From an uncultured Chloroflexia bacterium (GTDB lineage Bacteria > Chloroflexota > Limnocylindria > Limnocylindrales > CSP1-4): DNA of 64,000 nucleotides. Shown here one piece after another: positions 51,106 to 60,670 of the stretch. The number at the start of each line of letters is the position of its first letter. The first letter of the stretch is position 1. The notes below the pieces were generated by a model. That model was not told where the DNA came from. It saw only the letters and a program-made list of their open reading frames with translations, and searched no databases. Location of the stretch: positions 32,001 to 96,000 of the forward strand of contig CAVVNQ010000003.1 in assembly GCA_963749705.1 (NCBI GenBank), read 5' to 3'. Position numbers and translations under genes: made by a program.

Positions 51106-52134
51106 CTAGACCGCCAGCCGTCCGCTGGCCAGCAGCACAGCAAGCGCGTCCACGGTCACCCACGGGTTGGAGCGGCGGGTGCTCGTCCCGCCCCAATCGA
51201 CGTCGTCGTTGCCGGGCGCGAGCGTGGTCGAGTGCCGGTAGTAGCGAGCCTCCGCCGGCCAGCCGCCGTCGGGGAGCTGCTTCGACTCCAGCAGGTCGAG
51301 CGCATCGGTGCAGCGTGGATCCCCGATCCTCCCGAGCTCGACCATCGCCCTGAGCCCGGCGAGCACGTCGTAGTGCCAGTAGAGCGGGTAGTGGAGCTTC
51401 GCGAACGCCGGGTGAATGACGCGACCGGTCGATCGGCGCCTGTACAGGCGTCGCTCGAGGAAGACCTCGCTCGCTCGCTCGGCCGCGCGACCTGACTCGA
51501 CGTCCCCCGTCAGCGCCGACCATGCCGCGAGCGCCCGCATCGGTGGCACTGTCTCCATGAACGACGAGGTGTCGGCGGTCGGATCCCTGTCGCAGTTCCA
51601 GCCCCCATCGGGCCACTGCCAGTGGAGGAGGCGCTCGACGAGGCGCGGCGCTCGGTCGTCGACCAGGCCAAGCCGGATCACCGCGAGGAGGGCGTTGCCG
51701 TGCTGGGACGCGTGGGCACGACACCGTTCGTTCATGCGCGGGATCGCTCGCACCTTGTACGCGTCGGCCTTCGTCGCGACCTCGGCATCGACGTAGAACA
51801 TGGGATCGAGCCAGGTCTCCACCACCCGGTCGCGGAGTGGCTCGAGCGCCGGATCACCGGCCGGATAGCCAAGGTCCGCAAGGGCGTGAAGCACCCAGTG
51901 GGCGCCCTGCCATTTCGCATAGGCCGGCGGCGCGTGGCCGGCCGCGGCGCCGACGTGGCGCTCGAGCAATCGACGGACCCGCGGAGACTCCCGGACCTTG
52001 GCCTGGAGCGCGCGCAGGGACGCCGACGCCGGGTCCTCGCCGAGAACGTGGACGCGGAGCTTCCAGACGATCGAGGGCTCGTCCGACACGCGCAGCGCAT
52101 CGAGCAGCGTCCTGGGATCGATCGATGTGGTCAC
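51106..52134 (-). CDS. Uncharacterised prenyltransferase/squalene-cyclase-repeat protein (paralogue of 19147-20091)
   Basis: QWPDGGWNC, SSF..T, LERRLYRRRSTG, YWHYDVL.GL and Q.PDGGW motifs. Start approximate. Confidence 0.7.
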   Translation of the reverse strand: MTTSIDPRTLLDALRVSDEPSIVWKLRVHVLGEDPASASLRALQAKVRESPRVRRLLERHVGAAAGHAPPAYAKWQGAHWVLHALADLGYPAGDPALEPLRDRVVETWLDPMFYVDAEVATKADAYKVRAIPRMNERCRAHASQHGNALLAVIRLGLVDDRAPRLVERLLHWQWPDGGWNCDRDPTADTSSFMETVPPMRALAAWSALTGDVESGRAAERASEVFLERRLYRRRSTGRVIHPAFAKLHYPLYWHYDVLAGLRAMVELGRIGDPRCTDALDLLESKQLPDGGWPAEARYYRHSTTLAPGNDDVDWGGTSTRRSNPWVTVDALAVLLASGRLAV

Positions 52135-52154
52135 GACGGGCACATCGGGCGCTG

Positions 52155-52832
52155 TCAGGACGCGCCCGTCAGGTCGCGATCCTGCATCTCCCACGCATGG
52201 TCCAGCGCGTGGTAGGCCGTGTGGCGCAGCAGGTATGGGATCGTCCAGTTGCCGAGCGGCTTGCCCCCCGCATACCAGGCGCGCATCGCCTCGACGAAGC
52301 GGTCGCGATGAGCGGCGATCGCGTCCGGCGTCTGCAGGTCCTCGAGCTCGGACCTCGCCTTGACGCGCTTCGAGAAGTCGCCGCCCTCGGTTGCCAGGAC
52401 ATGCCGAACGATCTGGTCGCGGGAGCGGCCGCCACCCCGGACACCCGGCCGGAGCTCCGCCGAGACACGGCTGGCCGTATCGTCGAACTCGGCCCAAGCC
52501 GCGCGCAGCAGCCGCACCTTGCGGTCGAAGGTCGGCGCGTCGAAAGGATCGCGGTCGAGCGGCGAGGGCGCGAACGAGATGCCCCAGAAGTCGGTCGAGC
52601 CCGTTCCCGGATAGCGGCCGATGACGTCGACATCGGGCTGGTCGGCGAGCTCCGATCCGAGCCGGGCCCGCTTCGCGACCGGGATGTATCGCGGCACGTA
52701 GCGGGCCAGCTTCGCGATCGCCTCGTCCTCCGTCTTGCCGCCCCGTTCGAGGCCCGGCCAGTCCGCCGCGACGGCGACCCAGCGCTTGCCCCTGGTGGGC
52801 TGCTCGACGAGCACGCGAAGTCGGGACGTCAT
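52155..52832 (-). CDS. Hypothetical protein: HicB-like N-terminus plus DinB-like C-terminus
   Basis: A.DWPG....GKT.DEA...L N-terminal pattern; His-rich H...H..DH near the C-terminus. Confidence 0.6.
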   Translation of the reverse strand: MTSRLRVLVEQPTRGKRWVAVAADWPGLERGGKTEDEAIAKLARYVPRYIPVAKRARLGSELADQPDVDVIGRYPGTGSTDFWGISFAPSPLDRDPFDAPTFDRKVRLLRAAWAEFDDTASRVSAELRPGVRGGGRSRDQIVRHVLATEGGDFSKRVKARSELEDLQTPDAIAAHRDRFVEAMRAWYAGGKPLGNWTIPYLLRHTAYHALDHAWEMQDRDLTGAS

Positions 52833-53224
52833 CTTCCTGCTCCTTCCGGGCCGTCCACATCAACCTGCTCCGGCTCGCCGCCGACGCGCACGACGAACGC
52901 CTCGAGATCCTCGTCCGAGCCGGTCCGCTCGCGGTGGATGGCCTGTGACGGGACGAGAAACAGATCTCCGGCGCCTGCCTCGATCCGGTCGCCACCGCCC
53001 GGGCCGAACTCGATGCTGACCGATCCACGGATCACGTGGACGTACGTGTCGTTGGCGCCATGGTGATGCCAGCCGCTGGTGTCGCCCGCCTCGTTCCGGA
53101 TCCAGCCGCTCCAGCCCACACAGCGGCCGTCTCGGTCCAGGTGGTGGCGCATCTCCAGGCCGGGCGTGGTCGGCCCGGCGATCGCGTCAGCACGATGCAC
53201 GACCACAGGTCGGGGTTCGTTCAC
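52829..53224 (-). CDS. Cupin domain protein
   Basis: SGWHHHG, GD...VP...IHRE; GGAGG RBS. Confidence 0.88.
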   Translation of the reverse strand: MNEPRPVVVHRADAIAGPTTPGLEMRHHLDRDGRCVGWSGWIRNEAGDTSGWHHHGANDTYVHVIRGSVSIEFGPGGGDRIEAGAGDLFLVPSQAIHRERTGSDEDLEAFVVRVGGEPEQVDVDGPEGAGR

Positions 53225-53380
53225 AGGGCACCTCCGATCCACGCGACGCGGCGACTAAGCTGGGCGTGGATCTGCCATGAGGCGCCAGCCGCCGTCGTGA
53301 GAATCGTACCATCCGCCGCCCTGGCCCACCTGTTCGACGGTTGGAGAATCCGCCTCTCGGGCGGCGGCCACCGCGCCCTC

Positions 53381-53440
53381 TTGACAAGCTGAGCGTCGGT
53401 CGTTTATATATCGGGCCACGATATATCGCCTATCGATATG
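53381..53440 (+). promoter_or_regulatory. sigma70 promoter with tandem palindromic PadR-like operators
   Basis: TTGACA at 53381; ATATATCG-N5-CGATATAT (53406-53426) overlaps a second copy (53421-53440). Confidence 0.75.
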
Positions 53441-53484
53441 CCTCGCCGGCGGACGCGCTGGAAGGCATGCCACCAGAGGAGATC

Positions 53485-53823
53485 ATGACGTCCGGCCTGC
53501 TCGACCTTGGCCGTTTCGCGGAGCCGTCCATCGCCATCCTCATCTCGCTGAGCGATGGCCCCAAGCACGGCTACGCGATCATGGCCGACGCCGAGGCCAC
53601 GACCGGCCAGCCCCTGGGACCGGGCACGCTCTATGCGGCGCTCGGGCGGCTCGAGCGGCGTGGGCTGATCGAGGCCCTCCCGCTCGATGACCGGCGGAGG
53701 CCCTATCGCCTGACAGGGCTCGGTGCCTCGACCCTCCGCACCCATCTCGACCAGCTGGAGCGACTTGTCCAGACGGGCTTCGTCCGCCTGGACGGGCTTG
53801 CCGGCGCCGCCGACGGTTCCTGA
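53485..53823 (+). CDS. PadR family regulator
   Basis: GPKHGY.I, LGPGTLY.AL.RLE and RRRPYRLT..G motifs. Confidence 0.92.
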   Translation: MTSGLLDLGRFAEPSIAILISLSDGPKHGYAIMADAEATTGQPLGPGTLYAALGRLERRGLIEALPLDDRRRPYRLTGLGASTLRTHLDQLERLVQTGFVRLDGLAGAADGS

Positions 53824-53827
53824 CCCG

Positions 53828-54667
53828 ATGGCTGCGTCCCCGAGCCCGATCTCCCGCCTGATCACGATCCTGCTGCGCCTGTACCCGCCGGACTGGCGAG
53901 CTCGCTACGGAGTGGAGCTCGCCGCCCTCCTGGCGGAGACGGCGCTCACGCCGTCGACCGTCCTCGACATCGCGCTGGCTGCGCTGGACGCGCACCTCAG
54001 CCGTGACTACCCCTCCGAGGCGGGCGCCGGCAGAAAGGTCCGCCGTCCGATGCTCAACCGTCTCGCCCCGCTCGCCATCGTCCTTGGCGGCGTGTTCCTG
54101 GCCATGTTCATCCTGGTCATCGTTGTCTTCCTGGCCATCAGCTCGCCGGAGGGTCCCGACACCAGCGGATTCGTGCTGCTCGCCTTCTACGTCGTGCCGT
54201 TCGCCGTGGGAGCTCTCGCGATCGGGATCGCTGGGATCACCGTCAGGTGGCTGGGGGGAGACCCGCTCTCGCGTGCGCTCGGCCTCCTTGCATCCGCGTT
54301 CGGTCTTGCGCTCGCCGCGGCGATCTTCGCCCTGTTCTTCGTAGGCGACGTGGCCTGGGCCCCGCTGTCGCTGCTGATGCCGGCATTCGCGCTGGCCAGC
54401 GGCCTGCTCGGCCTGCGCATGCTCACTGCGGCACGGGGGGCCCGATTGCAGGGCGTGCTCCTGACCGCCGGCCTCGTTGCCGCTGTCGCCTGGACGATCG
54501 GCTGGTACCTGGAGGGCTCCTCGGTCGCCAGCGGCGCCCAGGAGACGGCATCGCTCCTCCAGACGCTTGGGTTCGGGTTGCTGTGCGTGGGCTGGGTGGC
54601 CGTCGGCCTGCTCGATCTCCGGGGCGACAAGGCTCCCGCCGTCGGCGAACCACACGGGAATGCCTGA
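53828..54667 (+). CDS. PadR-associated membrane protein
   Basis: LLRLYP..WRARYG.E N-terminal motif followed by about 6 TM segments. Confidence 0.75.
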   Translation: MAASPSPISRLITILLRLYPPDWRARYGVELAALLAETALTPSTVLDIALAALDAHLSRDYPSEAGAGRKVRRPMLNRLAPLAIVLGGVFLAMFILVIVVFLAISSPEGPDTSGFVLLAFYVVPFAVGALAIGIAGITVRWLGGDPLSRALGLLASAFGLALAAAIFALFFVGDVAWAPLSLLMPAFALASGLLGLRMLTAARGARLQGVLLTAGLVAAVAWTIGWYLEGSSVASGAQETASLLQTLGFGLLCVGWVAVGLLDLRGDKAPAVGEPHGNA

Positions 54668-55304
54668 TCCAGCTCGGCTGGGAGGATCCGGGCTTGCGGG
54701 CCCGGGCGCGGCGGCGGGGGCATTGGCGGCGCTCGTCTTCGCCGCCGTCCACGCTTTCTGGATCACGGACATCTGGTTCTCGCTGGTGCCGATGATGGTC
54801 GCCGGGGCGGCGTGCGGCGCGTCGATCGGATGGTCCTACGGGCGCCTGTTCGAGCCATCGATCCGGAGCTGGCTCCTCTACAACGCGAGCTACGTCATCG
54901 CGCTCGCGGTCCTGGGAATGGTGTCGGTGGCGCTGTTCGAGCCCCGGACGACCATGGCCGAGCTGCTCGCGCTGGACGGACCGCCCGCCGACCTCTTCGG
55001 AGACGCCCTTCCCCTGACCGTCGTGTTCACGCTCGGCACGGCGGCGGTCCTGAGCCTCCTGTTCGGTCGAACGCCGGCGGCGTTTGGTGCGATCCTCGTC
55101 ACCTGCTCGGTGCTCGTGCTGCTCCTCGGGCTGGATGTCTCGATCATCGGCCTGGTTCGGATCCCGACGAGCTCGCTGTACCTCGTGGTCGAGCTGGCCG
55201 GCCTGATCGTCGTCCTGGCCGGCTCGTTCGCGGCGCTCGTCATCCTGTTCGCGTGGGGGCGAGCTCGGCGCCCGCTCCGGCCCGCCCGCCCCGCGAATCG
55301 CTGA
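54660..55304 (+). CDS. Hypothetical membrane protein
   Basis: About 6 TM segments; overlaps the upstream stop; H...I.DIW motif. Confidence 0.65.
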   Translation: MPDPARLGGSGLAGPGAAAGALAALVFAAVHAFWITDIWFSLVPMMVAGAACGASIGWSYGRLFEPSIRSWLLYNASYVIALAVLGMVSVALFEPRTTMAELLALDGPPADLFGDALPLTVVFTLGTAAVLSLLFGRTPAAFGAILVTCSVLVLLLGLDVSIIGLVRIPTSSLYLVVELAGLIVVLAGSFAALVILFAWGRARRPLRPARPANR

Positions 55305-55319
55305 CCAGATCGAGGCGCT

Positions 55320-56561
55320 TCAATCGGGACGACCCGCAGACCAGCGCGCTGTCGCACGCGGTCCCTCGACGAGGCTGCTGACGGGCGCGGAGGCGGCCCG
55401 ATAATCCTCGAGCGGGAAGGGTGGGACGGTGCGCCCGGCGATGACCTTCGTGAGGCCCGGCAAGGCGGCGAGCCGGGTGATCAGGTTGCGGGCCACCACG
55501 CCCAGGCGGCTGGATGGGACGAAGAAGGAGCGGAAGACGAGCGCTCCCTTCTGCTCCCCGGCGACGAATGCGCCGAGCTTCTCCTCGTACCGTCGGAACG
55601 CCAGTGCGACGTCGCCGCCGGCCGCGTGGAGCTCCCCGGCGAGCACGTAGGCCTCGATCATCGCAAGACCGGTGCCCTCCCCGGCGAGCAGGGACGGACA
55701 GGCTGCCGCATCCCCGACCAGCGTGACGTGGCCCCTGGACCACGCCGGCATCCGGATCTGGCTCACCCGATCGAAGTACACCGGGCTGTCGTCGAGATGG
55801 CCGAGCATCTCGGGGACCTCCCAGCCCATGCCGTCGTACACCTGGCGCAATGCATCCTTGACCTCGTCGTGCGCGGGCTCGTGGTCGAGCAGCCCGGCCC
55901 GGAAGACGAGCAGGATGATCGTGACCCCGTCGACTCGCTGGATCCGCGCCGCCCATCGGTTCTGGATGGAGTGCGCGACGTACCAGCCCGGGTTGGCATG
56001 CGGATAGTCGGGCGCGCGGTACGCGGCCACGTAGGCGTCGAGGAAGTGCTCGAACTGGCTCGCGGGTCCGAACACCAGCTCGCGAGTCGCCGAGTGCAGG
56101 CCATCCGCACCCACGATCGCGTCGAACCGTTCCGTCCGGCCATCCGACAGGATCGCCTCGACGCCGTCGGCGTGCTCCTCGATGCCGACGATGTGCACCC
56201 CGAACTCCACCCGCGCGTCGCCGCAGGCGTCGAAGGCCGCCTGGCAGATGGCGCCGCGAGGGACCGTGATGAAGCGGCCGTCCCATTGCGCCCGGACCTT
56301 GCCCGTATCGATGTGGGCGATCTCCTTCCCGCGGCCGTCCACGAAGCTGAGCCGTTCCTGCTCGGTCGCCTTCGCGCGCAGGTCGTCGATGATGCCCATC
56401 CGCTCGGCCACGTCGAAGCCAAGGCCCCAGAAGTCGACGACGTAGCCCTCGGTTCTCAGCCGATCCGCCTGCTCGAACAGGACGGGTTCGTGGCCGTATT
56501 GGCGCAGCCAGTAGGCGAGCGTCGGGCCGGCGATCCCGACCCCGTTGATGCCGATCTTCAT
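55320..56561 (-). CDS. FAD-dependent monooxygenase (class A)
   Basis: GxGxxG, GADGLHS and LVGDAA.C.S.LAG.G motifs. Confidence 0.92.
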   Translation of the reverse strand: MKIGINGVGIAGPTLAYWLRQYGHEPVLFEQADRLRTEGYVVDFWGLGFDVAERMGIIDDLRAKATEQERLSFVDGRGKEIAHIDTGKVRAQWDGRFITVPRGAICQAAFDACGDARVEFGVHIVGIEEHADGVEAILSDGRTERFDAIVGADGLHSATRELVFGPASQFEHFLDAYVAAYRAPDYPHANPGWYVAHSIQNRWAARIQRVDGVTIILLVFRAGLLDHEPAHDEVKDALRQVYDGMGWEVPEMLGHLDDSPVYFDRVSQIRMPAWSRGHVTLVGDAAACPSLLAGEGTGLAMIEAYVLAGELHAAGGDVALAFRRYEEKLGAFVAGEQKGALVFRSFFVPSSRLGVVARNLITRLAALPGLTKVIAGRTVPPFPLEDYRAASAPVSSLVEGPRATARWSAGRPD

Positions 56562-56725
56562 GTCAGTCAGTCCTTCTCTCGATCTGGTCGGTCCTGGAGC
56601 GTGGCTGTCGTGGCGCTACGCCGACGAGCTCGCGCGGCTCGCCGCGTACGCCCACAAGGACTCGTCGAACACCGTGTCGAACCGGACGACGGGATCCACC
56701 GCCCGACGACGCCACGGGGGACGGC

Positions 56726-57286
56726 TCACGCACGGTCAATGTCGATGGCGACGGGGACGGGGTTGGTGACGATGTCCCGGACCGGCGAATAGCGGGTCAG
56801 GCTGGCGAGCTCGCCGAGCTGGCTGTCGTCGATGTCACCGGTGACCTTGATGCTGACCCGGATCCGCTCGAAGCCGGGACGGACCGCGTCATCCAGGCCG
56901 AGGAAGCCGTGCACGTCGAGGTCGCCCTGGATCGTCGTCTCCACGCCTTCGATTGCGATCCCACGAGCGGCTGCGTGGTAGACCATCGTGCCTGACACGC
57001 ACGCCGCGAGGGCATGCAGGACATATTCGACGGTGTTCGGTGCCCGATTCTCACCGAGCAGGACCGGAGGCTCGTCGCTCTCCACGGTGAACGTCTGGGT
57101 GCGGGTGGCGTCCTCCTGGCCGGCGCCATAGAAGTCCTTGATCATCGTCCGGCTGTAGCCGCCGTCGATCCAGTGGTTGCGGGCCCGAAACTGGAACCGC
57201 GCCAGAGTGGGGTCGCCGGTGACGGCCTCGACCGTTCCGGACAGTCGGTCGAGGTCGATGCCGTTCAAGCTGCTGGTGGCCTGCAT
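56726..57286 (-). CDS. OsmC family protein
   Basis: DEPPVLLG.N.APN.VE..L.ALAAC, G.LD..GFLG and SPV motifs. Confidence 0.9.
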   Translation of the reverse strand: MQATSSLNGIDLDRLSGTVEAVTGDPTLARFQFRARNHWIDGGYSRTMIKDFYGAGQEDATRTQTFTVESDEPPVLLGENRAPNTVEYVLHALAACVSGTMVYHAAARGIAIEGVETTIQGDLDVHGFLGLDDAVRPGFERIRVSIKVTGDIDDSQLGELASLTRYSPVRDIVTNPVPVAIDIDRA

Positions 57287-57314
57287 GGTTCGCTCCTGTG
57301 TGCTGGGACGCTGC

Positions 57315-57346
57315 TGTACCATTTGGTACATGTACCGGATGGTACA
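57315..57346. promoter_or_regulatory. Tandem TetR operators between the divergent osmC-like and tetR genes
   Basis: TGTACC-ATTT-GGTACA immediately followed by TGTACC-GGAT-GGTACA, overlapping the -10 TACAAT. Confidence 0.85.
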
Positions 57347-57355
57347 ATCACGTGC

Positions 57356-57916
57356 ATGACACGTCAAGACCTGCTGACCGCCGTGATCGCCGACCTCATG
57401 CGCGAGGGACTCCGCGACCGCTCGCTGCGCGACATTGCCGCCGCCGTGGGCACGAGCCACCGGATGCTGATCCACTACTTCGGCTCCCGGCATGGGCTGA
57501 TGACGGCTGTCGTCGAAGCCATCGAGGAGGACCAGAAGCGGTCCATGGAGTCGCTGCAGGGTGCGTCGGACGACATCGTCACCACCATGTGGCAGCGGCT
57601 CAGTGATCCGGGGATGTGGCCCGCCGAGCGCCTCTTCTTCGAGTGCTACGCCCGCGCCATGCAGGGCGAGGCTCCGTTCGACCGACTGCTACCGGGCATC
57701 GTTGATGACTGGGTGGAGAGGACGGCCGCCCTGAGCGCGGCGCCGGACGTCCCGCCCGCGCGGGCCCGCGCCCAGGCGCGCTTCGGCCTTGCCGTGTTCC
57801 GTGGCCTTCTGCTGGACCTCGCCGGGACCGGCGACCAGGCGGGAGTGGACGCGGCCTTCGAGGTCTACGCGGAGCTCGTCGCCGCCGCAGCCGGACGTCC
57901 ACACTCCGTGATGTGA
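57356..57916 (+). CDS. TetR/AcrR family regulator
   Basis: SLR.IA.AVGTSHRML.HYFGS helix-turn-helix. Confidence 0.92.
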   Translation: MTRQDLLTAVIADLMREGLRDRSLRDIAAAVGTSHRMLIHYFGSRHGLMTAVVEAIEEDQKRSMESLQGASDDIVTTMWQRLSDPGMWPAERLFFECYARAMQGEAPFDRLLPGIVDDWVERTAALSAAPDVPPARARAQARFGLAVFRGLLLDLAGTGDQAGVDAAFEVYAELVAAAAGRPHSVM

Positions 57917-58242
57917 CGCTGCGGGCGGATCGGCGGGGCAGTGCTGAGCCGCTCGCGGGACCGATATCGCCGAGTCGCGCGTTCGCGGCGCGAGCTGGCA
58001 GGACGCCGCGGCCGGTCACCTGACAGAGCGACCTGACGGGGCGCTGATCCGGACCCGTCCTCGTCGCGCAGGAGTCAGCGCTCCTGCCGGGCGTTGCGGG
58101 GTCGGTCCGAACGGTCTGCCAGCTCGGGACGAGGAGCACTTCTTGGACCATCGTGGGGCCGGGATTCTCTGCGCGGAAGGCTCCTCTCAGACCGGCGATG
58201 GGCGCGGCCTGGAAGGCCCTCACAGGCGTAGGAGATGCAGCT

Positions 58243-58674
58243 GTGGTCAAGCTGTTCGACACGACGTTCATGCTGGGCACCGTCCTTGTCCTTGTGGCGC
58301 TCGGCGTCGCCGTCGCGGCTGTCACTCGCGACGACGTTCCGCTCGTGGGCACAGGTGTCGGGGCGCTGATCGCGGTGGCTGTCGTCGGCATGGCGGGCTG
58401 CGCGGTCGGCGGCATCTCACAGGCCCCGGTGGCCGGGTGGACGGCCCCGACGATCCTCCTCGGCAGCGTGCTCGGTGCCGTCGCCCTCGTTGTCGTTGCT
58501 GCGGGTGTGTTCGGCTGGACCGGCGTTCTGGAGCCCGTTGCCCAGCTCGTCCCGGGTCAGGACGGAACAGTCGCGCCGGCCCGCGTGGCGATCGTGGCGC
58601 TGGGCGCACTGATCGCCGTGAAGTGGGTCATCGCCACGGCCATGGCCGTCGCCGCGAACAGCGTGTCCGGATGA
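58243..58674 (+). CDS. Hypothetical membrane protein
   Basis: AGGAG RBS before GTG; 4 TM segments; ATGA overlap with the next gene. Confidence 0.6.
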   Translation: MVKLFDTTFMLGTVLVLVALGVAVAAVTRDDVPLVGTGVGALIAVAVVGMAGCAVGGISQAPVAGWTAPTILLGSVLGAVALVVVAAGVFGWTGVLEPVAQLVPGQDGTVAPARVAIVALGALIAVKWVIATAMAVAANSVSG

Positions 58675-59324
58675 ACGAGCCGACCGTCATCATCATCGCC
58701 GCAGTCGCTGTGATCGCCAGCTATGCCGCGATTGTTCGTCCCTGGATGCTGGCCTGGGGCGCCACCGAGGCCGAACGGACTGCCCCGCTACCCGGCGACG
58801 ATGTCGTACCCCACGCGGGTTATGTGACGACCCGCGCCGTGACGATCGACGCGCCGCCCGACTCCATCTGGCCGTGGCTCGTCCAGATGGGCCAGGACCG
58901 GGCCGGCTTCTATACCCACAACTGGGTGGAACGCCTCCTCCGCTCGGGTATCCCGGACGTCGAAACGGTGCACCCGGAGTGGCAGACCCTGGCTGTCGGG
59001 GACCTGATGCGGACGAACCACGACATCGGGGGCAAGCCGATGGGCTGGCCGGTGGTCATCGTCGACGCGCCTCGAGCGATCGTGGTGCGGAGCAGGAGCA
59101 TGCCGGCCGGCACCTATGCATTCGTGCTCCAGCCGATCGACGCGGATCGCACCCGCCTGATCGTGCGCGATCGCGCGGCGTGGCGGGTGCGAGAGCTGCC
59201 GTTCGCCGCCCTGATCTATGAACCGCTGCACGCCTACATGGAGACGGGGCTCATGCGTGGGCTGAAGCAGCGAGCGCAGCGGGCCAGGATCAACTCGACC
59301 GCCACGATGGCCCGAGGCGGATAG
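58671..59324 (+). CDS. SRPBCC-like hypothetical protein
   Basis: WGAT..E....LPGD, TRAVTIDAP...IWPWLVQMG..RAGFY and M..G...R motifs. Confidence 0.8.
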   Translation: MNEPTVIIIAAVAVIASYAAIVRPWMLAWGATEAERTAPLPGDDVVPHAGYVTTRAVTIDAPPDSIWPWLVQMGQDRAGFYTHNWVERLLRSGIPDVETVHPEWQTLAVGDLMRTNHDIGGKPMGWPVVIVDAPRAIVVRSRSMPAGTYAFVLQPIDADRTRLIVRDRAAWRVRELPFAALIYEPLHAYMETGLMRGLKQRAQRARINSTATMARGG

Positions 59325-59383
59325 GAGGATGGATCGCCCGCCTGGGAAGCCTCGGGTGTCAGGCTCCAGGCGGTGGACAAACG

Positions 59384-59860
59384 TCAGCCTGCGGCCTTCT
59401 TGACCAGCTCCGCGATCCGCTTCTCACCGGCCGTCGTCAGGCTCATGATGGCGAAGGCGACCGGCCACATGTCCCCCTCGTCGATCGACGCATCAGGCTG
59501 GAAGCCGAAGGTCGAGTAGCGCACCTTGAACTTCGACTTCGCCTGGAAGAAGCAGATCACCTTGCCGTCCCTGGCGTAGGCCGGCATCCCGTACCAGGTC
59601 CGGGGAACGAGCTCCGGTCCGCTGGCGAGGACGAGCTCGTGGAGCCGCGCGGCGATCGCCCGGTCATCGTCGGGCATCTCAGCAATCTTGGCCTGGACGT
59701 CGGCCTCGCCCGCGGCGCGCGCCTCCTCCGGGCTGAGCTTCGCTGCCCGCTTGCGCTCCCGGACGGTCTCCTGCATCGCGGCGCGCTCTTCCTCGCTCAG
59801 GACGTTGCCGGACGTCTTCGCCGAGCTGCGTCGCTTCGTGGCTGCCTTCGTGTCTGCCAT
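59384..59860 (-). CDS. DUF1801/YdhG-like protein
   Basis: [18 protein letters not shown]...KF..RY motif. Confidence 0.85.
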   Translation of the reverse strand: MADTKAATKRRSSAKTSGNVLSEEERAAMQETVRERKRAAKLSPEEARAAGEADVQAKIAEMPDDDRAIAARLHELVLASGPELVPRTWYGMPAYARDGKVICFFQAKSKFKVRYSTFGFQPDASIDEGDMWPVAFAIMSLTTAGEKRIAELVKKAAG

Positions 59861-60079
59861 GCTCGTTGGTCCTCTCATTCGTCGTGCCGCCGGAGCGGCG
59901 TGATCGTGATCGCCGCCTCGACGGATTGCCTCCGACCATAGCGCTGCGAACCGGCGTTCCGCTTCTTCAAAGCTGCTCGATTGCTTCAGACGAGGGCCAA
60001 CGGCGAGCCCTCGCCAATGAGGCTATCGTCGCGCCGGCGAGGTGAACCGGACGAGGAGGATCCCGCGAAGGAGGACGCC

Positions 60080-60502
60080 ATGCACCCTCGAATCACCGTC
60101 CTGACGCTCGGGGTCGACGACCTGGAGGCTGCCCTGCGCTTCTACCGCGATGGGCTCGGGCTGCCGACCCAGGGCATCGTCGGCACCGAGTTCCCTTACG
60201 GCGCGGTCGCGTTCTTCGAGCTGGCCGGGGGGCTTCAGCTCGCGCTCTGGCCACGGACGTCGATTGCCACGGACACCGGCCTCGCCGTGAGCCCGCAGTC
60301 GGCCACCGAGCTGACCATCGGCCACAACGTGGGGAGTCGGGAGGCGGTCGATGCCGTCATGCAGCGGGCCGAGGCTGCCGGCGCCAGGATCGTCAAGCCG
60401 GCCGCCGACACCTTCTATGGCGGCTACGCGGGCTACTTCCAGGACCCCGACGGCCACCTCTGGGAAGCGGCCTGGAACCCCGCCGTCGAGGTCGAGGACT
60501 AG
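60080..60502 (+). CDS. VOC/glyoxalase family protein
   Basis: TLGV.DL....FY..GLG and GGY.GYF.DPDGHLWE motifs; GGAGG RBS. Confidence 0.92.
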   Translation: MHPRITVLTLGVDDLEAALRFYRDGLGLPTQGIVGTEFPYGAVAFFELAGGLQLALWPRTSIATDTGLAVSPQSATELTIGHNVGSREAVDAVMQRAEAAGARIVKPAADTFYGGYAGYFQDPDGHLWEAAWNPAVEVED

Positions 60503-60670
60503 GGTCGAGACGAGCCTGTTCGAAGCGCCCGACCGGCACGCGGAGGGGTTCGCGGCACCGACGGCCCGAGCGCCGCCCGGCCCCGACGCCGAGCAGCGAG
60601 CGAGGAAGCAGCCCCCCTCGATCCGGGGATGCCGCCGTGAACGGCGATGATTGCCCGCACGGGCGCTGCC

